A stretch of DNA of 64,000 nucleotides, from NCBI GenBank assembly GCA_964507045.1, contig CAZDOO010000023.1, positions 703 to 64,702 of the forward strand, in the 5' to 3' direction. The DNA is from an uncultured Verrucomicrobiota bacterium (GTDB lineage: Bacteria > Verrucomicrobiota > Verrucomicrobiia > Limisphaerales > UBA8199). Position numbers and translations under genes: made by a program. Shown one piece after another: positions 1 through 9,667 of the stretch; the first letter of the stretch is position 1, and each line of letters begins with the position of its first letter. The notes under the pieces are model-generated. The model ran no database searches. It was not told the DNA's origin and was given only the letters and a program-made list of their open reading frames with translations.

Positions 1-285
1 GCCGGCGCCGTCTCACTGAAGCTTCAGCTTTCCCGCCCGCCCGGCCAGTACGTGCTGGTCTTGGGCGCCCGCCCGCAGAACCCGGGGGTTACCTATGTGG
101 ACCATTACCCGTTTCTGGGTGTGCTGCCGGCGGAAGCCGGTGAAGAGGTGGACATCACGGAGCTCTACACCGTCAAGTTTGGCGCGCCGTCCGTCGGCAA
201 ACGCGTCTTTATCCAGACGATCCAGCAGATCAACGGCTGGCAGGACCGCCCGCAGACCTTCAGCGCCCGCGTCCGCCCGGCGTAG
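1..285 (+). CDS. 3' end of a hypothetical protein gene (5' end lies outside the window)
   Basis: Frame 1 is open from base 1 to TAG 283-285; track ORF 52..285 is its GTG-initiated tail. Third codon positions are GC-rich like neighbouring genes. No motif recognised. Confidence 0.4.
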   Translation, partial: AGAVSLKLQLSRPPGQYVLVLGARPQNPGVTYVDHYPFLGVLPAEAGEEVDITELYTVKFGAPSVGKRVFIQTIQQINGWQDRPQTFSARVRPA

Positions 286-506
286 CCCGGGGCGCGGGTC
301 TGGAGGGCAGGATGCCCCCCGCTACGGCAGGCACGGATGCCTGCCGCCACATTTTCAGATAGGCTTCTCAGGCAGGCTGCTGGGATCAGGGCTCGCGGGA
401 ACGCTTGCCGCCCTTATCTTAGGGGAGCTTATTTGACTCTTTAACAGTGCTGACTTAACTTAGAACAAAGCTGTCAGGGTGTGGTTTTGCTGGCAGCGAA
501 GATACT

Positions 507-1334
507 ATGGCCAACCCGTTGCGAGTCTTGATGGTTGAGGATTCCGTGGATGACACGCTGCTGCTCGCGGCCGAGCTTGAGCGCGGGGGACTGGACCCGG
601 TGTTCAAGCACGTTGAGACGGCGGAGGACCTGCAGGCGGCACTGGACCAGCACAACTGGGATTTGATTATCTGCGACTACTCGATGCCGCGGTTGAGCGG
701 TCCGACCGCGCTGGCCATATACCGCCGGAAGGGTGTGGACATTCCGTTCATCAGTGTTTCTGGCACCGTTGGCGAGGAGACGGTCGCAGAAATGATGAAG
801 GCCGGGGCGCACGACTACGTTATGAAGGGCAACCTGAGTCGGCTGGTGCCGGCGGTGAAACGCGAGTTGCGGGCGGCCCAGGAACGGCGGGACCGGCGGC
901 ACACCGAGGCCAGGGTGGCTTACTTGGCCTCCATTGTTCAGTCGTGCGACGACGCCATCATCGGCAAGACGCTCGACGGCACGGTGGTAAGCTGGAACCG
1001 GGGCGCGGAGCGCCTGTATGGCTACGGCGCCGATGAGATGATCGGGCATTCGATTTCCATCCTTATTCCTTCGTATCGGCCGGCAGAACTGCCGGGGATT
1101 ATGGAGGCCATTAAGCGGGGGGACGGGGTGGAGGGCCTCGAAACGGTGCGGCTCCGCAAAGACGGAACCCCGGTGGAAGTTTCGCTGACCATTTCACCGA
1201 TCAAGGATTCGGACGGCCGGGTCGTCGGAGCCTCGGCGGTGGCGCGTGATATTACGCATCAGAAGCAGGAGGAAGATGAACGGCTTGGGCTGATCAAGGA
1301 TCTGACCGCAGCCTTGTCCCACGTGCATTCCTAA
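507..1334 (+). CDS. Response-regulator receiver (REC) domain fused to a PAS sensor domain, with no kinase or DNA-binding output
   Basis: ATG start. REC signatures are VLMVEDS, phospho-acceptor context DLIICDYSMPRLSG, and YVMKG. A PAS-like block follows (IVQSCDDAIIGKTLDGTVVSWNRGAERLYGYGADEMIGHSI ... VARDITHQK). Confidence 0.85.
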   Translation: MANPLRVLMVEDSVDDTLLLAAELERGGLDPVFKHVETAEDLQAALDQHNWDLIICDYSMPRLSGPTALAIYRRKGVDIPFISVSGTVGEETVAEMMKAGAHDYVMKGNLSRLVPAVKRELRAAQERRDRRHTEARVAYLASIVQSCDDAIIGKTLDGTVVSWNRGAERLYGYGADEMIGHSISILIPSYRPAELPGIMEAIKRGDGVEGLETVRLRKDGTPVEVSLTISPIKDSDGRVVGASAVARDITHQKQEEDERLGLIKDLTAALSHVHS

Positions 1335-1442
1335 CCCGCGAGAAACGCGCGGGCGTGAGCAGCGGGAGGGGTGAACTGTGCCGCGACAAGGGGGGCGATG
1401 CGAGTGCCGTTGGTGAATCTCCCCATCGTCCAGCCGAAGCCT

Positions 1443-1467
1443 GGGCGCCGAAGGCGCCTGTGTTTTG
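1443..1467 (+). terminator. Possible intrinsic terminator downstream of the REC-PAS gene
   Basis: GGCGCC-GAA-GGCGCC hairpin (1445-1458) followed by TGTGTTTTG. The stem is short and the loop small. Confidence 0.35.
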
Positions 1468-1666
1468 AGAGAGCAGTGAATGAGCTTGCCCTTCGCGCGC
1501 ATTCATGCGAATAACTTGCGCGATGGCACGTAACGAACCAAGCTCGGCACTGGCGTTTTCTGCCAGAGACATGCTGGTGCGGTCCGACTGCGTTTCCCGC
1601 AACCAGTGTCAGGTCTTCAAGCCGGGCTGGACTTTGTGCGTGTAAACCATTGAAACTGCGTTGGCC

Positions 1667-1757
1667 GGAGAGATGGCTGAGTGGCTTAAAGCACACGCCT
1701 GGAAAGCGTGAGTGGGCTTATACCCCACCCTGGGTTCGAATCCCAGTCTCTCCGCCA
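1667..1757 (+). tRNA. tRNA-Ser (anticodon GGA), CCA encoded
   Basis: Acceptor GGAGAGA pairs with TCTCTCC. Anticodon stem is CACGC/GCGTG with loop CTGGAAA. A long variable arm (GTGGG..CCCAC) is typical of class II Ser tRNA. T arm is CTGGG-TTCGAAT-CCCAG, followed by discriminator G and CCA. Confidence 0.9.
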
Positions 1758-2068
1758 GCCTATGACCGCGCGTGCCGGGCGAGGGAAACCATTTGCGCAA
1801 CTGGTCCCGAATGCTACTCTCCTCGCTGAACGAAATGGGCAGGCTGTCACAATTGCTCTTCCCGAATAACCCGAGGCACGTTCGCGCTCGGAAAATGCAG
1901 TCCCTGTACTTTGCTGTCTTTATCAGCGTGGTTGCCTGCATCGCCGTCGGGGTCGGGATTTTCCTGCTCAACCGGGCTCGCGGGCATTAGCACGCAGCAA
2001 GAACCCCCTCCCCACCATCGGGCGGAGAGGGGGTGAGAAGGGGCAGCTTGTCTTGCCGAACTGTTGGG

Positions 2069-3100
2069 CTACGCGCCCATGCCGTCTTCGAATGAGCCGG
2101 CGGCGAGCGGGAAGCACAGGTTGTCGCGCACGTATTGGATGCCGTTGGCGCTGGTGGCGTCCAGATCGCGGTAGGCGCTTTCCGCCTCAACAATCAGGGG
2201 CGCGGTCTTCGTGCCCATCACCTGGCAATAGCGCTGCGGATAGCCGGCATGGATCAGCAGTTCGGCGTACCGCATCATGTTCAGGTCGCCCGAAGGGATA
2301 TCCACAAACTGCATGGCGCGCTTCTGCCAGCCCGCCTCCATCATGCGCAGCGGCAGACCGGGGCGGATCACAAAGTTCTTCACGTGGCAGGCGTAAATGC
2401 GTGGGGCCACTTTCAGGAACCGCGTTTCCCAGCTCTCACCTTCCCAGCAGTGTGAGGGGTCAGCGTTCACCGTGAGGCATTTGTCCCCGCCGCAAATCTC
2501 GACCAGCATGTTGAAATCGTCGGCGCACATCGCCGCCGTGCCGGGATGAATTTCGTGGGCCAGGAACATGCCGAGCGACTTGGCGTGCTTGCGGATCCGG
2601 GCGGTCTTCTTGACGAACCGCTCTTGCCCCTCCTTGAGGAAGTCGTAATCGCCGCCCTTCCAGAAGCCCCACGGGTAACCGGTGGCCAGCTCCCAGCCGA
2701 ATGCGACGCCCCAGAACATCGGCACGATCTTGACGCCTAGCTCGGCGCACAAATCCAGCAGCCGCAGGATGTAGTCCTCCGCCCACGCCTCGATCTCCGC
2801 TGGTGATTTCTTCGCCACGTCACCGGGGATGAACGGCCGGATGGTTGGGCTGCCGGTCCACGCGGTGGTATGCACCCAGAACGGGCAGTGGGCGGAGATG
2901 CCGTCCAGGCTGAGCTTGGCCTTGGCAAAGGCGTCCTTGATCTCTTTGGCGCTCTTGAGGCCCTTGTCGCTATTGAGCATGAAGTTGGACGGCTGTGCGC
3001 CGGCGGCGCCGGACTTCTTCGCGTAATCCAGGAACTGCGCTAGACTCTTGGCGCCATGCTGCGCGCCTTCGACGCTGGGATGAAAACAATTTTCGGCCAT
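2069..3100 (-). CDS. Sugar phosphate isomerase/epimerase-like (xylose-isomerase-like TIM barrel) protein
   Basis: 343-aa ORF with ATG start. The overall pattern matches the AP-endonuclease-2/xylose isomerase-like TIM barrel family (HCPFW..., LAHEIHPGT, NADPSH). It is divergent from a DUF1080 gene. Confidence 0.7.
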   Translation of the reverse strand: MAENCFHPSVEGAQHGAKSLAQFLDYAKKSGAAGAQPSNFMLNSDKGLKSAKEIKDAFAKAKLSLDGISAHCPFWVHTTAWTGSPTIRPFIPGDVAKKSPAEIEAWAEDYILRLLDLCAELGVKIVPMFWGVAFGWELATGYPWGFWKGGDYDFLKEGQERFVKKTARIRKHAKSLGMFLAHEIHPGTAAMCADDFNMLVEICGGDKCLTVNADPSHCWEGESWETRFLKVAPRIYACHVKNFVIRPGLPLRMMEAGWQKRAMQFVDIPSGDLNMMRYAELLIHAGYPQRYCQVMGTKTAPLIVEAESAYRDLDATSANGIQYVRDNLCFPLAAGSFEDGMGA

Positions 3101-3301
3101 AGTATTTTGAGAAGTTAAACAGGTTTATTCATTCGTTTGCCAACCGGCTGGAGCATTACTGAGTCTGCTTGGCGAAGGCAATCCCATTCTTCGGGTTTGG
3201 TTTCCGCCAAGGATGGCAGGGCTTTGGCGGGCGGCGGGGTTCCTTCTCAGAGCGTCGCTTTTTGCTTGTTCCGCAGGCGGGCTGGTTTAGTGTTCGTGCT
3301 C

Positions 3302-3940
3302 ATGAAACGAACTCTTCTCTGCGTTCTTGCGTCTGTCACTCTATTCACGGTGAGCGCCCGGTTCGCCGCCGCTGAGGTTGAGGCAGGCTTTACTCCGCTC
3401 TGCGACGGCAAGACATTCAACGGCTGGCAAATGGCGGGGGAAAACGAGGAGACCTGGACCATCCAGGATGGTGCCTTTGTGGCGCACGGCAACCGGTGCC
3501 ACCTGTTCTATACCGGGGACCAGAAGCCCTTCAAGAATTTCGATCTCAAGGTGGATGTGATGACTGACGAGCATTCCAACGGCGGTATCTACTTCCACAC
3601 GCGTTATCAGCCGGAAGGCTGGCCCAAAGGCGGCTTCGAGTGCCAGGTCAATAACACCCACAGTGACTGGATTAAGACCGGCAGCCTTTACGGCCTGGTC
3701 AACATCGCCAACTCGCCGGCACAGGATGGCAAGTGGTGGACGCAGGAAATCATCGTGCAGGGCAACAGCGTCACGGTGCTGGTGGACGGCAAGAAGGTGC
3801 TGCAATACAACGAGCCGCCCGGCACGCAAGCTGCCAAGGATTTCGAGCGTAAGATCGCCGAGGGCACCTTTGCCTTGCAGGGCCACGATCCCAAAAGCAC
3901 TGTCCGCTACAAGAACATCCGCGTTAAGCGGCTCGACTGA
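3302..3940 (+). CDS. Secreted DUF1080 (3-keto-disaccharide hydrolase-like) protein
   Basis: Internal ATG 3302 of track ORF 3137..3940 gives signal peptide MKRTLLCVLASVTLFTVSARFAAA. DUF1080-type motifs are GFTPLCDGKTFNGWQ, WTIQDGAF, and GTFALQGHDPKSTVRYKNIRVKRL. Confidence 0.85.
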   Translation: MKRTLLCVLASVTLFTVSARFAAAEVEAGFTPLCDGKTFNGWQMAGENEETWTIQDGAFVAHGNRCHLFYTGDQKPFKNFDLKVDVMTDEHSNGGIYFHTRYQPEGWPKGGFECQVNNTHSDWIKTGSLYGLVNIANSPAQDGKWWTQEIIVQGNSVTVLVDGKKVLQYNEPPGTQAAKDFERKIAEGTFALQGHDPKSTVRYKNIRVKRLD

Positions 3941-3946
3941 ACCGGC

Positions 3947-4504
3947 TCACTTCACCAGCGCTTGGATTTGCTTGAACTCGGCGGTGCCCGCCTGTTCCAG
4001 CAGTTCAAAGAGCACCATCTCTGTGGATACGATTGCCGCCCCGGCGGCGCGCATGCGGTCCAGGCCAAACCGGTAGTTTGCGGGCGTGCGCGAGGACACC
4101 GCGTCCGCTGCCACGAAGACCCGGCAGCCCCTGTCCAGCAGGTCCAGGCAAGTCTGCATAACGCACACGTGGGACTCGACGCCGCAGAGGATGAGATCGG
4201 CAGTCTTCTTAGCCTCAAGCGCGGCCAGGAGCCCGGCAGCGCCGCAGGCGCTGAAGGCGAGCTTTTCCAAAGGCGCAAAGCCTGGGATGGCTGTGGCCAC
4301 CTCCGGCACCGTCGGCCCCAGCCCTTTGCGATATTGCTCCGTCGCGAAGACCGGCACTTGGAGAACGGCAGCGCCCTTAATCAGGCGCACGGCGTTTTCC
4401 CGCACCCGCTCCTGTTCATACATGGCCGACATGAGCCGCTCCTGGAGGTCCACGACCAGCAAGCCCGCCTGCGCTCGCATCAAACGAAGTGATTTCTTTT
4501 GCAT
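3947..4504 (-). CDS. Isochorismatase-family (cysteine hydrolase) protein
   Basis: ATG 4504 (MQKKSLRLMRAQAGLLVVDLQ). Catalytic-Cys context is LILCGVESHVCVMQT. Confidence 0.85.
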   Translation of the reverse strand: MQKKSLRLMRAQAGLLVVDLQERLMSAMYEQERVRENAVRLIKGAAVLQVPVFATEQYRKGLGPTVPEVATAIPGFAPLEKLAFSACGAAGLLAALEAKKTADLILCGVESHVCVMQTCLDLLDRGCRVFVAADAVSSRTPANYRFGLDRMRAAGAAIVSTEMVLFELLEQAGTAEFKQIQALVK

Positions 4505-4534
4505 AGGCACCAACCGTTCATGGTCCAGCTGCTG

Positions 4535-6298
4535 TCAGCAGCCCGCATTCGCCCGTTTCCGGCCCAGCTCCTTCCGGAGCGCCTTCAGCGGCAATGTGTT
4601 CACGACGTCCTCCCGCGTTAGCCAGCCTTTGCGGGCGACGCCGGCGCCCAGGCGCAAGAACCCCGCCTGTTCCGGCCGGTGCGCGTCGCAATTGATTGCG
4701 CACTTCACCCCTTTGGACTTGGCGTAAGGCCACAGGCGCCAGTCCAGGTCGAAGCGCAGCGGGTGGGCGTTGAGTTCGATCCACGTGCCCGTCTCCGCGC
4801 AGGCGTCAATTACCGCCCGCTGGTCCACCGGGTACGGCTCGCGTTCGAGCAGCAACCGCCCGGTCAGGTGGCCGAGGATATGGACGTACGGATTCTGCGC
4901 CGCGCCGATCAAACGCCGGGTTATCTCCGCCTCGGTCTGGTTGAAGCTCGAGTGCAGGCTGGCAATCACCACGTCCAGCTCCGCCAGGAGGTCATTGGGG
5001 AAATCCAGCGAGCCGTCCTTCAGGATGTCCACCTCCGCGCCGGTGAGCAGGCGGAAGTCCGTCCCCTCGTCCGCCAGCCGGGCATTGATCGTCTCGACCT
5101 CCTTGAGTTGCTGCCGCACGCGCTTCGCATCCAAGCCGTTGGCCTGAAAGGACGACTTCGAATGGTCCGTGATCCCCCAGTAAGCCAGCCCGAGTTCGCG
5201 CATCGCTTGGGCGATCTCCTCCGGGCGCTGGTGCCCGTCGCTCCAGGTCGAGTGATTGTGCAGCGAGCCCTTCAAGTCCGTCCACTCGATCAGGCGCGGC
5301 AGCGGGCCCTTCTCGGCTGCCGCAATCTCCCCCCTATCCTCGCGCAGTTCCGGCGGGATGTAGTGCAGGCCGAGCTTCTCGAAGAGCTCCTCCTCCGTGC
5401 GGCACTTCACGAGCAGCTTCGGGTCGCGGGTTTCCTCTGTCGAGCGGAACAATCCGTATTCGTTCAGGCGGAGCCCGCGATCAATCGCCCGCTGGCGCAG
5501 GACGATGTTGTGCTCCTTGTTGCCGGTGAAATACATCAGCGCCGAAGCATATTCCTGGTCACTTACCACCCGCAGGTCGCATTGAATGCCCCCCGCCAGC
5601 AGCACGCTCGCCTTGGTCTCGCCTTTCGCCAGCACCTTCTCAATGCCGGGCTGACGCGTGCAAAAGCCGATGACCTCGGCCGGCGCCTTTGACGACGCCA
5701 GCAGATCAATGTCCCCCACCGTCTCCCGATGCCGCCGCAGGCTGCCGGCCGCGCTGCAGCGGATCACGTCCGGGTGCGAGCGCAACGCCTCCAGCAGCGG
5801 CTCAGCCCGCAGGAGCGCCTCGCTGACCAGATGGCGTGAGGCGTAGGCGCGGCGGCGGTTGATGCCTTCCAGGATGTTCGCCTGCGTCTTGTCGCCGAAG
5901 CCCTTCAGCCCGGCGATGCGGCCCTCCTGGCACGCCCCTTCCAGTTGTTCCACTGACTCGATGCCCAGCTCGTCGTGCAGCGCCTTGACCTTTTTCGGGC
6001 CCAGCCCGGGGATATCCAGCATTGCCACCAACCCGGGCGGCGTCGCGGCCTTGAGCTCTTCGTAGTACCGCAGCTTCCCGGTGGTGACGAGTTCGGCAAT
6101 CTTCTGTTGGAGCGCCTCGCCGATGCCCTTCAGCTCGCCGAGCCGCCCCTCGGCGACCACCTTGTCCAGCGGCTCGCTCAAGGTCTCGATCGTGCGGGCG
6201 GCATTCAGATACGCGCGGGTCTTGAACGGGTTTTCACCCTTCAGCTCCAGCAACGTCGCAATGCCGACCAGCACTTGTGCTACCTGGTCCTTGCTCAT
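4535..6298 (-). CDS. polX: DNA polymerase X family protein with C-terminal PHP phosphoesterase domain
   Basis: 587 aa. N-terminal HhH region is ENPFKTRAYLNAARTIE, pol-beta NTase motif is GSLRRHRETVGDIDLLA, and PHP motif is LHNHSTWSDG. Confidence 0.9.
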   Translation of the reverse strand: MSKDQVAQVLVGIATLLELKGENPFKTRAYLNAARTIETLSEPLDKVVAEGRLGELKGIGEALQQKIAELVTTGKLRYYEELKAATPPGLVAMLDIPGLGPKKVKALHDELGIESVEQLEGACQEGRIAGLKGFGDKTQANILEGINRRRAYASRHLVSEALLRAEPLLEALRSHPDVIRCSAAGSLRRHRETVGDIDLLASSKAPAEVIGFCTRQPGIEKVLAKGETKASVLLAGGIQCDLRVVSDQEYASALMYFTGNKEHNIVLRQRAIDRGLRLNEYGLFRSTEETRDPKLLVKCRTEEELFEKLGLHYIPPELREDRGEIAAAEKGPLPRLIEWTDLKGSLHNHSTWSDGHQRPEEIAQAMRELGLAYWGITDHSKSSFQANGLDAKRVRQQLKEVETINARLADEGTDFRLLTGAEVDILKDGSLDFPNDLLAELDVVIASLHSSFNQTEAEITRRLIGAAQNPYVHILGHLTGRLLLEREPYPVDQRAVIDACAETGTWIELNAHPLRFDLDWRLWPYAKSKGVKCAINCDAHRPEQAGFLRLGAGVARKGWLTREDVVNTLPLKALRKELGRKRANAGC

Positions 6299-6470
6299 GT
6301 TTGAAATATGCGGCCCAACGCCTGCCGTTCAAAGTCCAAAACACACCCTTGCGTCGTCTGCTGCTCTTAATCGGCCCGCGAGAAGTCAGAGCCCACACGG
6401 ACATTCCCCATCCACGAGCGGGCTTATGTTTCGCGTTTTACGTTTCATGTCTTCCCGTTACCCTTGTCCC

Positions 6471-7268
6471 ATGTCCAAACCAACACAACTTTCGGTGGCC
6501 CTGACCATCGCCGGCTCGGACAGCGGCGGGGGAGCGGGCATCCAGGCGGACTTGAAGACCTTCGCGGCGCTCGGCGTGCATGGCACGAGCGCGATTACGT
6601 GCATCACGGCGCAGAACCCAAAGGGCGTGTATGGCATCCAGGCCTGCCGCGCGGAAATCGTGCGCGGGCAGATCGAAGCGGTGTTTGAGGTGCTGCGCCC
6701 GGCCGCCGTGAAAACCGGGATGCTTTATTCGGCCCCGCTCATCCGTGTCGTAGCCGGCTTCTTCCGGCACGGCCCGCGCGTGCCGCTGGTGGTGGACCCG
6801 GTGATGGTGTCCACCAGCGGTGCGGCTTTGCTCAAGCCGGCGGCGGTCAAGGCCCTCTGCACGGAACTGCTGCCCCTGGCCACGCTGGTGACGCCCAACC
6901 TGGACGAGGCCGAAATCCTGGTCGGCAGGAAGCTGACCTCCGTGGCCGGCCTCCGCGCCGCCGCCCGGGAGCTGCATCAGCGCTTCGGCTGCGCCGCGCT
7001 CCTCAAGGGCGGGCACCTCCGCGGGCTCAAGGAGGCGGTGGATATCTTTTATGATGGGCGGCAGGAGCTGCTGCTAAGCGCGCCGTTCATCCGGGGCGTG
7101 AGCACGCATGGGACTGGATGCACTTATTCCGCCGCGATTGCCGGGCATCTGGCGCGGAGGTGTTCCCTGCCGCGCGCGGTGCAACGGGCAAAGGATTACA
7201 TCACTCAGGCCATTGCCCAGAGCCAGACCGCGGCCGGGCATGGCGTGCTCAACTGTTTCTGGCGGTAA
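6471..7268 (+). CDS. thiD: Hydroxymethylpyrimidine/phosphomethylpyrimidine kinase
   Basis: In-frame ATG 6471 of track ORF 6081..7268. Motifs are [28 protein letters not shown] and [15 protein letters not shown]. Confidence 0.9.
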   Translation: MSKPTQLSVALTIAGSDSGGGAGIQADLKTFAALGVHGTSAITCITAQNPKGVYGIQACRAEIVRGQIEAVFEVLRPAAVKTGMLYSAPLIRVVAGFFRHGPRVPLVVDPVMVSTSGAALLKPAAVKALCTELLPLATLVTPNLDEAEILVGRKLTSVAGLRAAARELHQRFGCAALLKGGHLRGLKEAVDIFYDGRQELLLSAPFIRGVSTHGTGCTYSAAIAGHLARRCSLPRAVQRAKDYITQAIAQSQTAAGHGVLNCFWR

Positions 7269-7438
7269 GCCGGATCACGCCGGTTTCAGGGGCGGCAAAG
7301 TTACCATCGAGCGCCTTCTGGATGGCCGCCGAGACGTGCGTCGTGTGATTGAGTTTCGCCGCGAAGACCCGCCCGATAGCTCGGATTAATGCCGGCCGGG
7401 CCTGTCGGTGCCTCGCGCTTCACGTTTCACGCCGCACC

Positions 7439-9496
7439 TTACCCCGGCACGTTGTCCCGCAGTTCCTTCAGCCACACTTCGGCCTCGGAATCGCTGGGGG
7501 CGCGCCAGTCGCCGCGCGGGGAGAGCGAGCCGCCGGAGCCGACCTTCGGCCCGTTCGGGATGGCCGAGCGCTTGAACTGGCTGAGCTTGAAGAAGCGGTA
7601 GAGGAATACCCCCAGCCACTTCTTGATGGTGCGTAGGTCATACTGCTGCCGCTTGGCCGCCGGCAATAACTCCGGCCAGGCGCCGCGGTGCTTGTCGCCC
7701 CACGCGTGCAGGGCCAGGAACGCGACCTTGCTGGGGCGGAATCCGTGCCGCGTGATGAAGTAGAGGTTGAAGTCTTGCAGCTCGTAAGGGCCGACTTTGT
7801 CGGAGGTTTTCTGTGCGGGCTGGGCCGAGTCGCCTTCCTGGTTGGGTACCAGCTCCGGGGAAATCTCGGTGGCCAGGATTGCTTCCAGGACGGCATTGGT
7901 TGCGGGGTCGAACTCGTTCGAGGATACCACCCAGCGGATCAGGTGCTGGATGAGTGTCTTGCTGACCGAGCAATTCACGTTGTAGTGCGACATGTGGTCG
8001 CCGACGCCGTAGGTCATCCAGCCGAGCGCCAGCTCGCTCAGGTCGCCCGTGCCCAGCACCAGCGCGTGGTGCTGGTTGGCCAGGCGGAAGAGGTGGGACG
8101 TGCGCTCGCCCGCCTGCACGTTCTCGAAGGTGACGTCATAGACCGGCATGCCGCCCGCGAAGGGATGGCCGATGTCGCGGAACATTTGCTTGCACGAGGG
8201 GCGGATATCAATCTCACTCGCCGTGACCCCCAGCGCCTTCATCAGCTTGTGGGCGTTGGTGAGAGTCAGCTTGCTCGTCGCAAACCCGGGCATGGTGTAG
8301 GCCAGGATGTTCTTCCGCGGCAGCCCCAGCCGGTCCATGGTCCGGGCGGCCACGATGAGCGCCTGCGTCGAGTCCAGGCCGCCCGAGATGCCGATGACGA
8401 CCCGTTTGGTGCCCACGCTCGACAGCCGTTTGAGCAGGCCATGCACCTGGATGTTGTAGGCCTCGAAACACCGCTGGTCGCGCTCGCGCGCGTCGCTCGG
8501 CACGTAGGGGAACCGCGGGAACTCCCGCTGCAAGGGAACCCGGCCCTCCGGCACGCGGAATTCGAACGAAATGCGCCGCATCGCTTGCAGGCGCGCGCGG
8601 TAATCGCCCACGGAATCGCTGAAGCTGCTCGTGCGCATCCGGTCGTGCATCAGGCGTTCCAAGTCAATGTCCGCCGTGATCATCTGCTCGCCGTCTGCAA
8701 ACCGTGCGGACTCTACCAGCAGGTCGGCATTCTCGTAGATCAGCGCGTGTCCGTCCCAGGCCAGGTCGGTCGTGGATTCGCCCGGCCCGGCGCAGGAATA
8801 GAGGTAGGCGGCGATGCACTTGCCCGATTGGGAGGCGCACAGGTTGCGGCGGTAGTCGGCCTTCCCGATGGTGATGTTGCTGGCGGAGAGGTTCACCAGC
8901 ACCGTCGCGCCTGCCAGCGCGGCGTAAGTGCTGGGCGGGATGGGGGTCCAGACGTCCTCGCAAATCTCGGCGTGCAGCCGGAACCCCTCGAAGTTGCCCG
9001 CCTCGAACACCAGGTCGTTGCCGAACGGCACGCGTTTGCCCAGGAATGTGACCTCGCGGCTCACCGCGTCGCGGCTGGAGGCGAACTGCCGCTTCTCGTA
9101 GTACTCGCGGTAGTTCGGCAAGTAGGTCTTGGGCACCAGCCCCAGCACCCGCCCGCGATAGATCACCACCGCGCAATTGAACAGTTTCGCCTCGAACATC
9201 AGCGGCGCTCCCACGACCAGCACGGGGGTGAGCGCTGTGCTCGCCCTGACCAACTGCGCGATCGCGGCCTTGCTCGCATCCAGCAGCGCATCCTGGTGGA
9301 ACAAGTCGTCGTTCGAGTAGGCCGACAGCCCCAGTTCCGGGAACAGCGCCACGGCAACCTTAGCCCGGGACGCCTGCCGCGCCAGGGCGAGCGTGCGCTC
9401 AAGGTTGAAGGCGGGATCGGCCACCCGCAGCGATGGCATGCACACGGCCGCCCGGATCATGCCATGCGAATAGATTGAATCAAAACGCTCACGCAT
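7439..9496 (-). CDS. nadE: Glutamine-dependent NAD+ synthetase (long form, CN-hydrolase + NAD synthase domains)
   Basis: ATG 9496 (MRERFDS...); the track start 9538 is TTG. CN-hydrolase motifs are FPELGLSAY and AEICEDVW. The PP-loop is [12 protein letters not shown]. Confidence 0.9.
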   Translation of the reverse strand: MRERFDSIYSHGMIRAAVCMPSLRVADPAFNLERTLALARQASRAKVAVALFPELGLSAYSNDDLFHQDALLDASKAAIAQLVRASTALTPVLVVGAPLMFEAKLFNCAVVIYRGRVLGLVPKTYLPNYREYYEKRQFASSRDAVSREVTFLGKRVPFGNDLVFEAGNFEGFRLHAEICEDVWTPIPPSTYAALAGATVLVNLSASNITIGKADYRRNLCASQSGKCIAAYLYSCAGPGESTTDLAWDGHALIYENADLLVESARFADGEQMITADIDLERLMHDRMRTSSFSDSVGDYRARLQAMRRISFEFRVPEGRVPLQREFPRFPYVPSDARERDQRCFEAYNIQVHGLLKRLSSVGTKRVVIGISGGLDSTQALIVAARTMDRLGLPRKNILAYTMPGFATSKLTLTNAHKLMKALGVTASEIDIRPSCKQMFRDIGHPFAGGMPVYDVTFENVQAGERTSHLFRLANQHHALVLGTGDLSELALGWMTYGVGDHMSHYNVNCSVSKTLIQHLIRWVVSSNEFDPATNAVLEAILATEISPELVPNQEGDSAQPAQKTSDKVGPYELQDFNLYFITRHGFRPSKVAFLALHAWGDKHRGAWPELLPAAKRQQYDLRTIKKWLGVFLYRFFKLSQFKRSAIPNGPKVGSGGSLSPRGDWRAPSDSEAEVWLKELRDNVPG

Positions 9497-9667
9497 AACC
9501 TTCCACTTACCGCAAGGCGGGCTGATTTCCAATGACAAACTGGCCGACCAGCGAGGGACATAGCCCGAGTTCTGATGGGGTGCCCGGTCTGGAGGTGTTT
9601 GACATTGCTCTGGAGGCGGAGGTAGCTGCGGTTGAGAAGTACCTTGGCAGGTGACCTTCGTGGCCCG

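Noticed and set aside
1895-1990. 31-aa hydrophobic mini-ORF (MQSLYFAVFISVVACIAVGVGIFLLNRARGH) downstream of tRNA-Ser
   Set aside because: It has an ATG and one plausible TM helix but no other support. It is too short to call without conservation or expression data.
2004-2033. CCCCCTCC...GGAGAGGGGG hairpin between the mini-ORF and the 3' end of the sugar isomerase-like gene
   Set aside because: The stem is imperfect and no T-tract follows on either strand. The evidence is insufficient to call a terminator.
6299-6470. Looked for a TPP riboswitch upstream of thiD
   Set aside because: I could not find the conserved CUGAGA and ACCUGAUCUGGAUAAUGCCAGCG-type elements in the 172-nt leader. An Infernal scan would be decisive.
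7688-9478. 596-aa plus-strand ORF
   Set aside because: It is entirely antisense to nadE, which has unambiguous CN-hydrolase and PP-loop motifs. Its translation is Arg/Gly/Ala/His-rich with no motif. It is a typical high-GC shadow ORF.
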